A stretch of DNA of 64,000 nt from Basidiobolus meristosporus CBS 931.73. Taxonomy: Eukaryota; Fungi; Basidiobolomycota. Position numbers and translations under genes: made by a program. The notes beneath the pieces were generated by a model that did not search any database, had not been told where the DNA came from, and saw nothing but the letters and a program-made list of their open reading frames with translations. The stretch's first letter is position 1. Every line of letters begins with the position of its first letter. Below are positions 12,727-23,375 of the stretch, one piece after another. The DNA lies in contig MCFE01000375.1 in NCBI GenBank assembly GCA_002104905.1, forward strand, positions 1 through 64,000, given 5' to 3'.

Positions 12727-15700
12727 CTATGAGTTAGACTGTGGGTTGAATTGGCGCAAGTGCTGTTGGATCGCATTCATTTGCTGCGGGGTTAGTCCCA
12801 TGTTTTGCAGCATCAGTCCGTTCGCTAAGAAAGCGGTGTCAATTTGCATGGCAAGTATCAAGGCTTCTTCGAATTGCACTTACCGTTCTGGCCAACACCA
12901 ACTCCATTTGCCGCATTCATCATTTGAAGTCGTTGCTGTTGGATTAGCGGGTTTGATTGGGGAGAGAGGTTGGGAATGGGCACTTTCAGGCAGAGTAAAC
13001 CCACCAACCTTTGATTGGTGCATACCAACACCATACCATAGGTGGATCCATTCGCCGTGGTGAATCTTGCAGTAGCAACCTAACGGTGGCATGGTTAGCA
13101 TTCAAATCATCCCTTCAGATCCAAGCATCATACTGTTACCATTCGCTTTGATTCTAGATTTTTGGTCAAGGCTAGGTAGTACGCTTGGTTTTCGGTCGAG
13201 TTTAGACTTGCCGTGGGAAGCAATGAAACGTAGGGAAGTCGATTCTCCACTGCTAGTCGTTGCAGTTCGGGTATCTTGGCCGGCATTAGACCAGTGATCA
13301 CCAACCGTTGAGGCCATGAATCCAACATGCTGGGGAAAGGTTGAGTATGGTTACATTGGTCTGATTGCTAACAGATGAAATGCTTACTATTCTTCTCTCT
13401 GGAACGGGACCCCAGTTTTGTTGTTGATTGGGGAGGCACTCACGATACAGCTCAATTCGCGCTGGGTACGTGTGGCTGTGTCTGTAGCGTGCCAGACAAT
13501 CTGGCCGTTCCAGATTGGCTGCGATTGGTTTGGAGCCGAGTTTTGAGCCGACTGCGCGGCTTGAGCCTGGGCTTGGGCTTGGGCCTGAGCCTGTGCTGCC
13601 TGCAATCGTAGCTGCTGGAATTTCTGAGCAGCAATCCCTTGAGCATTGCCCTGAATGCCCCCATTCGCAGCTTGAAGCAATGCTGCTTGGGCCAACATGT
13701 TGGCCTGGGCTTGTGAATTGAGCTGCTGGTTAGCGTTCAACATACCGTTGGTAGTCGCACCCATGGAAGTCATAGCGGGGTTCTGAAGGCCAGCAGAAGT
13801 GGCGGCTGTAGTATTAAACAGCAACGGGTTGATAGCAGTCGAGGTGGCAGGGTCGTTTTGATTGATCCCCAACTGATCCCCATTCTTAATCTGCTGCTGT
13901 TGCAGCTGCTGGAGTTGCGCAATACGCTTTTGCTGCTCCTGCTGCTTTGCTAATTGGGCTTGCAACAAATGCTGCTTCGCTTGTGCTTGTAAGTTTTGTG
14001 TATTAGAAATACGAGCCTGGAGCTGTTGCAGTAGCATTGGTTGTTGATTCGTACCTCCGAGTGAGGTGGTAGGTGAGCCATTTTGCCCCCCAGCACGATT
14101 CAGGAATTGCTGCTGTGCCGCCACCTGTGCTTGCACATTTTGCATGTTTTGTGCCATCATCTGCCTTTTGAGTTGCTCTTGCTGAACGGGAGACAATGGA
14201 CGAGCCATCTGCATATTCGGAGAAACGGAGCTTTGATGCACCAGCGGGGACATTTGTTTTTGCTGTACTGAGGGTGAGAGTTGCTGTTGAGGAGGTGACG
14301 ACATTGGGTGCTGAAGAGGAGAGAGTTGACTTGGAGGAGGTGGCGATAGCTGATGAAGCTGAGGAGATGGCGTATGTTGCTGTGTGGCGGAAGCCTGTTG
14401 AACGACTTTGGCTTGTTGTGGAGAGCTTTGGGCAATATGAAGCTGCGTTGATTGGGGCTGTTCAATCTTAACTTCGCTTTTGAGATTCGGCACTGCGGCT
14501 GAGGGTTGTTCAATAGCCTCGGGTACTGGGGTAGGCTGCTGTTCTGCCAAATCGATAGGCTTGGGAGTCTCAGGTGGATTTTGGTTAGCTTTATCACCAT
14601 TAGCCTCAGGAGCAAGCTCTTTGTTGCCAGTGGATTCAGTTTTAATTTTCGGCTCAAGTGACGGTATCAGTGACGGTTGTGGGGTAGGTGGCAATGGTGA
14701 GGCATCAATCTTTTGTCTCTTTGGAGAGGGCTGTGCAGGCGAGATTGGTATACCAGCAGGGCTGATACCAATTCTTCCTGGAGATGCCTCAACAAACTCC
14801 CGCTTAAGTTCTAGCACAGAAGGAAGGTTAATAGGCGTGGTAGAAGCAGCTCAGTTTGGTTAAGGTACAACACCATTTTTGAGAAGGGGTGGTGGCAACT
14901 TGAAACCGCTAAGTTTGACGACAAAATCTTTGGAATGGGTATCGTCGATATGGAAAGTCTCGATTTTGTTGTCTTCGTTCACCTATTAAGATAAGCGCAA
15001 GTTCCGATTTAGAAAGTGAAGTAACCCTGAGGGCGTGTCCCTAGTTTACCTGCTTAGTAAGGTGCTCAAGAGTTAACAAGCCTTTTCTTAATCCAATGAA
15101 TGAGAATCGAATGTGCTCCTGTGTCGCAAAGTAGGATCGTATCAATATTAACAGATGTTACTTGAGGGCTATGTGAAATCGCTCGAACCTTGGTCATGTG
15201 GGTGGTGATATCGGAAATCTTGAAGTCGTCATACTTTTCGCTGTTGTTGCACCTACATCCATTCAGATAGGGAGGGGTGTTGGCAATTAAGACACAGTGT
15301 CGAATGGGTACTGGGCTCTCGGTGTGCCTGGTAGTGTTGTGCATATCAAACATCTATAAAAATTTAGCAACAGAAACCGAAAAGTTGGTGACAAGTAAAG
15401 CATACCTCCAGAGCACCAACCAAGCCCTCTGCAACTGCGTTCTTCAGAGGGCCGCCTTGGGTAAACCGGATCTTTTCGAGAATATTGCGGAAGAAATGAT
15501 AATCACTGGTAAAATATTTTGCGTCCACGGTGATCACATTGGAAGGCCCGTAATCCCCGTAAACAACGATCCCCAGCTTCAAAACAGGCTATTAAGACTG
15601 ATTACTATAACACCAAGAAAAGTACACGCTTTGATCGTAGGAAGCTTACATTCACTTTGGTTTTCTGGTTTTCGCCTGCTTCGACGATGATCGGTGTTCG

Positions 15701-15978
15701 TAGTTGTCTAGGTGAGAAAAAGGGTTAGTCAAACTGGTATACACGCCACTTGGGATATTAACGAACCGAATGATTGGCTCTATATATGTTTGATAAATGG
15801 TGTCGAACTGTTTGGCTAAGGCTATAGTTCCTTCCAAAACAAAGATGCATAGAAGCTCCTGTTTGGGAGATGGATTTGTTATAACAGAAGGTGATTGGAA
15901 AGAGGCTGTAGTATGCGGAGATCCATGTGAGAGAACAGGTGACAGAGGTGGGATTTTTGGTGTGGGAGTACTCGCCAT
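12727..15978 (-). CDS. MED25: Mediator subunit MED25-like protein (VWA + Q-rich linker + ACID/PTOV domain), multi-exon
   Basis: N-terminal VWA motifs: CIFVLEGTIAL...YIEPII, LGIVVY, IRFTQGG...AVAEGLVGALE|MFD, RHCVLIANTPPY, IRFSFIGLRK, VKLSGFKLP. A Q/P-rich 476 aa exon follows, then ACID-like IWNGQIVW...RELSCIVSA...WPQRLVITGL...GMVLV...LVGL. All exons join in frame via GT-AG introns to TAG 12727. Confidence 0.85.
13553..13600 (-). repeat. Gln-Ala dipeptide repeat inside MED25
   Basis: The translated ORF reads QAAQAQAQAQAQAQAAQ, encoded by tandem GCCCAA/GCTCAG-type hexamers. Confidence 0.8.
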
Positions 15979-16486
15979 CGTAACAAGAGATGAGGTGTAA
16001 ATTCGTCTAACGTTTTGATAGTTTCTTGGACAACTAGAGTTTACTGGACTTCCTTACACGTGTGTATAGATAAATATATGTTGGAAAAGTAAACCTAACC
16101 GATAGATTTTGAACGTAGAAGGTGATAAAGTACTTGGGTGAAGAGGTTGTGAAGTACTAGATACCAAGGGATCTCACAGTGATAGATGGGCTTTTTCTAA
16201 AATATTGAATGCAGATCGCGTTGGAAAGCAAGCTGATGCATTCCTAGATGAGTTAATCAATTCTTCTAATCAAGATTGGTTATTTCCCTCCCCCCCCCCC
16301 CAAAGCCCAACAATCATCTGGAATCATGGGTAAACTACGTGGAATTGCACACTCAATGTTTTGTTGTCATTGTTTTCCCATGAATTTCAGCAATTTTAGC
16401 CCAGTGTGTGATGTAAAAATAGCTCTAGCTTCTTGGGCCTACAAAAACCTAGCACTACATTAGGATCGATTTTCCTGCCGTTGAAC

Positions 16487-16947
16487 ATGTCTTCCGCTGA
16501 ACTATCCAAGAATTCTGAGATGGAAGCGTTCGAACCACAAGACTATAGCACCACGGTATGTACATCGTCTTCATCATGGTTTCCAACTGGGATATTTGTG
16601 CTAAGTCTCCTGATTTTCTTTCCCATCAAAGATCCTCAACAACGTCAAAGAGATGGTAAGGGCAATAAGTGCGCCATAGGGTATCTCTAATATGTGGTAA
16701 TAATCAGGATTTTCAACTCGATTAGCAAGATAGACTTGATGCGCTCTCCAAAAACATCTTCTCTAAAAGTATGCAGAATCTCCTATGAGAAACGAACTAC
16801 CAAGCTAACAGGTTTTGTTTTATAGTGGACGACATCACCACCAAAATAGATGAGCTTGACAAAACAGTCAGTGGCATGGAGGCTGATCTGCAAACCCCCA
16901 TAGCCACAGCTGATGACAGTCAGGAGGTTCCGACACCGGAAGAGTAA
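16487..16947 (+). CDS. HSBP1: Heat shock factor binding protein 1 (HSBP1)-like coiled-coil protein, 85 aa, 4 exons
   Basis: Exons 16487-16555, 16632-16655, 16726-16768 and 16826-16947 (258 nt) give ...ILNNVKEMQDRLDALSKNIFSKMDDITTKIDELDKTVSGM..., matching the HSBP1 pattern MQDKF..MSD.I..RIDDM..RIDDLEK.I..L. Not captured in the ORF track. Confidence 0.8.
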
Positions 16948-17373
16948 GCCTGGACCTATCTCCAGGCCAACACCTAATGCTCAAAGTGTGAACTTTGTAG
17001 AGTTGTAAAATGTAAGGATTGGTTCGTATTCCCTTGCTTGGCACAATGTAGTTTAAACGCCATTGCGAAATACGAATCAAACCGATTTATATGAATGTTG
17101 TCTTTCTCCATATGCTTGGAGTCTGAATAAAACCGACTTCTAGCTGATCGAAGTGACCCAACCATGTAATCAATATCGCATAGTGTATGAAGAAAGTTTA
17201 TTGAATACTGAAAGACGTGGTGAGCTTGCTATAAATACTCGACTCCAAGATAGTCTAGAGGTAAAGTGGAGGGTTTCTATAGAGCCCGCACTGGTTGAAT
17301 ATTGCATCCGAAAGAGGCTCGCTTGACAGGAGAAATGCTATGAAAGATGTATATGAACGAATGTTGGGAGAAC

Positions 17374-17722
17374 TCATTTGTGAACTTCGCCAGTCTCAGG
17401 GTCAACCCATTTGCGAGCAGGTTTGATAATTTCTGCTACAGTGAAGGATTTTCTTTTGCTTAATGGGCGGCAAGCTTCGATACGAACGACGTCGCCTAGT
17501 TCACACTTTGACTTTTCATCGTGCACCAAGTAGTTTTTATGAAGAGTGATGATCTGGCCATTAAGAGCGAAACCGCTGAGTTTCAAGGAAAAGTCAGAGC
17601 ATACTACCTTATAAGGGGCTTACCTTCTTTACAACCGGGTGAGGAATGTGGCGAGGCACGCGGACCTTGACGGTCTTTCTCATGGCAGTTCCAACTACCA
17701 TACCGATGAAGTTTTGTCTCAT
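17374..17722 (-). CDS. MRPS17: Mitochondrial ribosomal protein uS17m, 2 exons
   Basis: [33 protein letters not shown]|[37 protein letters not shown]; GT-AG intron 17623-17552. Confidence 0.92.
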
Positions 17723-19357
17723 TGTTGGCAGAAAAAAGGCTTCGAAGTGTGGCAAGGGAGGAGCGTCAGGTTGTCCAGAAACTATTTCAATCCTCTTATC
17801 AGTCGAAATTTTTCACGAAACAATATATTCCAGAATCAACCATCATTTGGTGGGGATTTCTCTGGAATCAATCAGGTAGAAGAGAAATCAAAAAGCCGCC
17901 CTAGATGCCAAATAGTAATTAGTGTCAATTGAGTGATTCAACTGATGGGTTTTAGGATGGATATTCCTAGTCAATAAAATATGGTATCTTAATCAGATCA
18001 TGAGGCGCATTCGGCAACCCTTCAGATCCTCGAAGAATTGCTGCCAATAGACACCCTCTTCCATTGAGATTGATCGCGATTTCGCGATTTTCCCTGGTAG
18101 CGGACAGTACAAGAAATCCGAACTTACAGAAATGACAACAGCTGCTGGATGCATACATAAACAGACGAAGTTCTATGTTCTGCAATAGCTCGCGTAAGAC
18201 ATAGGGTTGGAGAAAGCCCACAAAGACCAGTGTACTTTTGCTCTTTTCGGAGCTTGGAAAGTTGCCAAGCTGAGATCACCTGGTTAGTAGGGCCAAGACA
18301 GATATAGGACTTGGTATTTGGATAAAATTCCATAATCCATGATTGCTTACAAAACTAATATGTGGTTGGCGTTCTCTTATGGGTAATGAGATGGGCATTT
18401 TCAGATTGCCCCTCAGGCTTTTCTATACTATTTCAAAATCACTGATACCAGATATTCTTGTCCCGGATCGTGTAAAGACAGGTGGTTTGTAAAATGGGCA
18501 TTTGGCAATCAGACCTCCTCTGCAAAAAACAGCACCCAATCAAGAGTCCTCACTTTTTTTGCAGTAGAGCAAATGTACATTGATTCTTTAGTACAGCCAA
18601 TTATGCAACATATTTATAATAGTGATTGAAGGCAAAGCATGTTTATTTTGCTCTTATGTCAATGTTCAGCTTTCTATCAGTTGTTGTGGGCTGAGTCCAG
18701 AATATGTAGGCCACTTTGCAAAGTCCCCAGAGCAGTATTAGCTTAACAAGTATTGCTGCGTAGCCAATATACAAACGGACTATTTCCTTACTGAGAATTT
18801 CAAATCCCCTGAAATCCCATCAAATCCCCAAGTCCACTTCAGTTATCCTCGTTCATAAAAGACATATATAACCCTTATTGCTTCCCAATGAGTTAATAAT
18901 GAGCCAACAAGGCCCGCTATATAGCATTATCATTCACCCATCAACGGTAGCGGAGTACTACAATGACGCCAATTTTGTTACAATTTCCTTAATGAGTCCA
19001 TCTATTTTAACCCAAAACCCATTTTGCAATAACCACTCACAGTAGATGCCATACGCTAATAATATGATAAGTTGCGCCCGCAGCCTCCTCACGTAGAGAC
19101 CTCAAGCCCACAAAATCTCGAAAAAAAGAACAGTACATTACTGTCTCACCAAACGAGGCTTTTAGAATCGCAGCCGGAATGTACTACGAATGGGATAAGT
19201 AAATAACAAGATGTAGATCAGGCATCTCTGAGCGTGAAACAATCACATTGGCAAGATCTCCTCTATGCCCTGCGCATGGGATGTGACCAGTAGCTATCCC
19301 CGTATCTTAGTGATATCCCGTTATTTGACGTATGCAGTGTTGGGGTTGAAGTGCTCC

Positions 19358-19730
19358 TCAACCCACGTACCAAGTAGAAAACCATAAAACCATTGTGTAC
19401 GGGTGGCTGTCTCGACGAATCTCTCCCGACCATTGACCATGGGTCAGAGCGTTGTGACCGCTCAATCGCTTTTGGTGAACTCCAGTGTAAATACCAAGGT
19501 GAAAATCGCCTGAGGTGTAGAGCTTGGTATCTCTTGCCGTAACCATGGGGTGTCCTGGATGTCCAGAGCCTTGTGTCATGTCGAAATGCAAGAGTGCATA
19601 CTCTTCCGACCAAATGAATTAATAATTTATGAACATTCTGGTCAATGCTGGTGTTTCAAGCAGTAGATTGAAGGCTTCTGCGATCTACTCGTTGTTCTTC
19701 AAGCCGTCGATGTTCTGGAAAAGCATTCGT
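19358..19730 (-). pseudogene. Stop-interrupted coding remnant, possibly from an IucA/IucC (NIS siderophore synthetase)-like gene
   Basis: One frame reads NMVVPARMLFQNIDGLKNNE*IAEAFNLLLETPALTRMFINY*FIWSEEYALLHFDMTQGSGHPGHPMVTAR. H-F-D-x5-GHPxHPM-x2-AR aligns with the NIS motif H/W-E-x5-GHxTHPMH-x-AR. Only this motif supports the call. Confidence 0.25.
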
Positions 19731-20554
19731 GCAGGCACCACCATATTTGTACAAGTATTGATACGAATGAGGAAATATGTATCATGTAGAATCAGGCCTG
19801 TCTCCAGCACGGTTCACAATGCAGGAAATATACTGCTCAATTTGCCAAAAACCTAGGCAGAAGTAGGTACTAGGCTGTTCCATTACACTGCATACAAGCC
19901 GATTGAACCGTAGATTGACGAGTGATGATCATCTACATCAAGCAGTCGTCCGGTACACAATCCTTACACTTTATCCATCGTCTCAAAATTAATAAACATC
20001 TCCCATGATGGATAGGGGTTAGGGAGAGGTTGAAATTGCCAAGAGATAACATGCTCTGCCCATACGTTTATGGTAATGTTAACAGGGTTTGAGCCTGTGT
20101 CACGGATTTAATAATTGACCCCGTGCTCCAGTTGTTGGGTGATATGCATATAAGGCGTTATTCATTTGAAACGGAGTTCTAGGACTTGCTTTGACGAGAG
20201 TGTCAGCGAAGCGAGGACAACGCCCAACACAACAGCACACACACATCGTGCCAAGCGGCGTATTCAATTGTATACAGCGTAGAGGCTGTTATGGAGTGCT
20301 GGTTCGTATCGCGTTCTGAGCTATTCTGTCCAACGGATCAGTTAGGTATATGATCCATCATAGATGTCGAGATGCGATCCATGATTTATTACAATATTGA
20401 TGCACTATATATTATGTACAAGAGAACTAAAGAATACAATAAAGAAACTAGGTCATTGATGAAGTGGAATTCATAGCAACTCAATCCCATGGATATTTGC
20501 GGAAGGGGATTGAGGTGTTGTCGCATGGAGAATTCCAGTAGAGCAAAGCGAAGA

Positions 20555-21112
20555 TTACACGGGGTGGGTTTTTTGGTGTCTGCGGAGATTTGACAGGACG
20601 GAAAATCTTCGTCGGCATCCAGGGTATTCGCATTCGTAAGGCTTTTCCCCGGTATGAGTATGCAAGTGAATGCGCAATGAGCTTGGCCGTGGGAATCGTT
20701 TGTGACATACATGACATACATGGCGTTTGGAAACATAGTTACGCTGACCAGAGGTAGGCTTGTTCTCAGGCACTGAGGAGTCGCTAAGGCTGTTGGAAGA
20801 AATGGAAGATCGGCGATTGTCTTGGTGGTGGAGCAAAGCAGAATATCCGGGAGGACTATGGAGCTTATCATTGGCAGTGAGGCTTAGATCGGCCAGCTGC
20901 AACTTCGTTGAACGCTGCTCCGCAAAGATGGGGTGTTTTTTATCGCTGGTGTTGTTGACATCGTTCTGTGGTTTGTTGACTTGTGTATACCAAGCTTCTC
21001 CAGAGAATAACTCCCGTACGCCTGGAAGTATGGAGGCAGACTGGGTGGGAGTACCAGAGTAGGGGTGAGGATTGAACATATGTCTTTCGCCAGTCAGGAT
21101 TAGAGCAGCCAT
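20555..21112 (-). CDS. MtfA-like two-finger C2H2 transcription factor, paralogue 2
   Basis: Intronless 185 aa ORF with [13 protein letters not shown] and [50 protein letters not shown]. Confidence 0.92.
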   Translation of the reverse strand: [185 protein letters not shown]

Positions 21113-21165
21113 ATGGATTCAAGTGTTGCTTCAGTGATTTTGCTGTTGACACAGCGATTGAATGC

Positions 21166-21172
21166 TTATATA
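21166..21172 (-). promoter_or_regulatory. TATA box of C2H2 paralogue 2
   Basis: TATATAA on the minus strand, about 55 nt upstream of ATG 21112. Confidence 0.5.
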
Positions 21173-22680
21173 GAAAATCGATAACCAATGGCCGTGTAGG
21201 AAATGGGATAATTTCCCGCCATGTCCCCATGTATGGGGTGTCAACCTTAAACTACGGTGAGCCCAATATGGTACATCGATGAATAAGAAACCCGAGGTCA
21301 CATGAATGAATCACCAAATGTCCGTCTTAACCTTTTTGGGAACACAGGATTATAAAGCGGCTCTAATTATAGTTGGGAGCAACAGCCAATCATTCCTCAG
21401 GCCCTTTGGGGTGGGCTCTGCATTGAGATATGCTTGCCAAATCTTACTTAGTGGAAGATCGCAGATAACCCACCGACATGCTTGTACTTGTATGAACTTG
21501 CTTTTTAACTAAATCAATTGGGGCTCATATCGGCCATCGTTACACTTAAACATCAGGTGATGCAGAGATACACTTCCATTGAACCTTAGATGCAAGTGCG
21601 GAGAAGTGTTACAGAGGTAGTGGTGGCCTACTCTGCTGATGCCTCAACTGATCGCGTAAGTAGATTGGTCTTGATCACATACATTAAGCTGGATAAGATA
21701 TGGATCCCTGTGGCGCATTTGTGCGTTCACCAGATTAGGTTCTACGTCTTAGGCGGGACGCTAAGCATCCAAATGTTCAAACCGATCGATCATTTAAAAC
21801 CAACTTATTCGCTATTAGTAACTCGGAAGGATGAATTTGGAATAAACAAGACATGTCTGGGATTAACGACGCTATTTTGTCAGTCTCAAGGCGCCTCTCG
21901 CAAAAGAAACCCCTTTTCACCGCGAGGTTAGATCGTCAAAATCAGCCTATGGCTCCCGGGTGCTTGAACAAATGATGTGTCACCCACTCTGGTCCAAGCA
22001 TAGTGCAGCCATTCAATCCTCTGATAACGATTGAAACTATTAGTGAAGCCTAGTTTCCAGCACGCCAGCACTGTACCACATCTCTTGATTGTTACAGGCT
22101 AACCCCAAGTATGTATTCCTAGACTCAAATCCTATTCCGACGGGATCTCGACTCCAATAGATTTTCATTTACCAAATCCAGCCTTCTGTGATTAGAGGGG
22201 CAATTTACCTAGTGACTCAGTAGAGGGACCTATTGTGGTCTCTGCAATGTTCGGGCTCACAAATTGAACTGAACTAAGCCAGCCTATACCGGACTTATCT
22301 TAGGCTATCAGACCAATAGATTCCCCATACAGTCCTGCTAGTCATCTCTCTGCAAGTGCGGGCGAAGAGGGGTGGCTTAAGGATAGCGTAGTATTCCGAA
22401 ATCCACTGCGCAGCCAGATTTTGCAAGCTAATCACGAGCTTCTTGGATGGATTGGGATTTGCAGGGAGATTACCCTGCTCCTGGGTGAATCTGAGATTGA
22501 GGTGAGCATTGCTACCAAGGCAGCCATTGGTGAATGATATGGCAGGTATAATTGTTACTCATGAAACCAAATTTAACTAGTTCCGTTGAGGGACACTGAT
22601 GGTGATTTCGCACACCATCCTATCCTATGTCCAGACAAACATCGTACCACCGATCGGAGAATTACACTAACTCGTTCGAA

Positions 22681-22685
22681 TATAA
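22681..22685 (+). promoter_or_regulatory. TATA-like box of C2H2 paralogue 3
   Basis: TATAA about 50 nt upstream of ATG 22731. Confidence 0.4.
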
Positions 22686-22730
22686 GGAAAACACTGCTAC
22701 TTGACGAGGCCTTTCTCTTTTCTCTCCAGC

Positions 22731-23375
22731 ATGCTGAAAGCTAATGAAACAGGTCAGGCAGACGAGCCTGAGTCATCAAATCACTTCGTTACTCACCTAC
22801 ACTCCCAGAACGGGAGTAAGCCAGTTTCGGTTGTGAAGCCCCTCCCCGGTATCCAAGAGTTATTCTCTGAAGAGGGTTGGTTCCATTCAACGTCCCTTTC
22901 AGTACCCTCGAGTTATACCAAGGTAGAAGTGAACACTCCACAATCTATCTTTGGTGGGGCGAGTAGCCATGTGCCAACCTCTAAGTCTCCCGGGTATCCC
23001 ATCCCCAATCACCATGAGCCATTAGACCCAGGCTCAAAAAGAAGACATCCCGAGTTCGACGCGCCTTCTGTTGACCGGAAGGAAGAAGGGCCTGATTCTT
23101 CGGAAGATAATGATGATATCCACAGTCGCTCTAAACCCCCTTCTCCGTACAACTCGTCCAACCCTAATGTAATGTTCATAGGGCAGCCCAACTATATATC
23201 GAAGAAGCATGTCTGCCATGTCTGTAACAAACGATTCCCCCGACCAAGCTCACTACGCGTTCACCTGAACACACATACTGGCGAAAAGCCATACATTTGC
23301 GAATACCCTGGTTGCATGCGTGGCTTCTCAGTGCTTTCCAACCTCAGAAGGCACTCCAAAACACACCCCTCATGA
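22731..23375 (+). CDS. MtfA-like two-finger C2H2 transcription factor, paralogue 3
   Basis: Intronless; first ATG at 22731 (the ORF track starts at an upstream TTG). Contains [13 protein letters not shown] and [50 protein letters not shown]. Confidence 0.92.
   Translation: [214 protein letters not shown]

Noticed and set aside
13375-14863. Several plus-strand and alternate-frame ORFs over MED25
   Set aside because: These are shadows of the low-complexity Q/P-rich exon.
17800-18500. Exon-like fragments on both strands upstream of uS17m
   Set aside because: I could not assemble a stop-free spliced model or recognise a domain.
18519-18565. Short hairpin CTGCAAAAAA...TTTTTTGCAG
   Set aside because: A 10 bp mostly A/T stem is expected by chance, and bacterial-type terminators are not relevant here.
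20389-20871. 160 aa ORF overlapping C2H2 paralogue 2
   Set aside because: It is an alternative frame of a well-supported gene and starts at a non-ATG codon.
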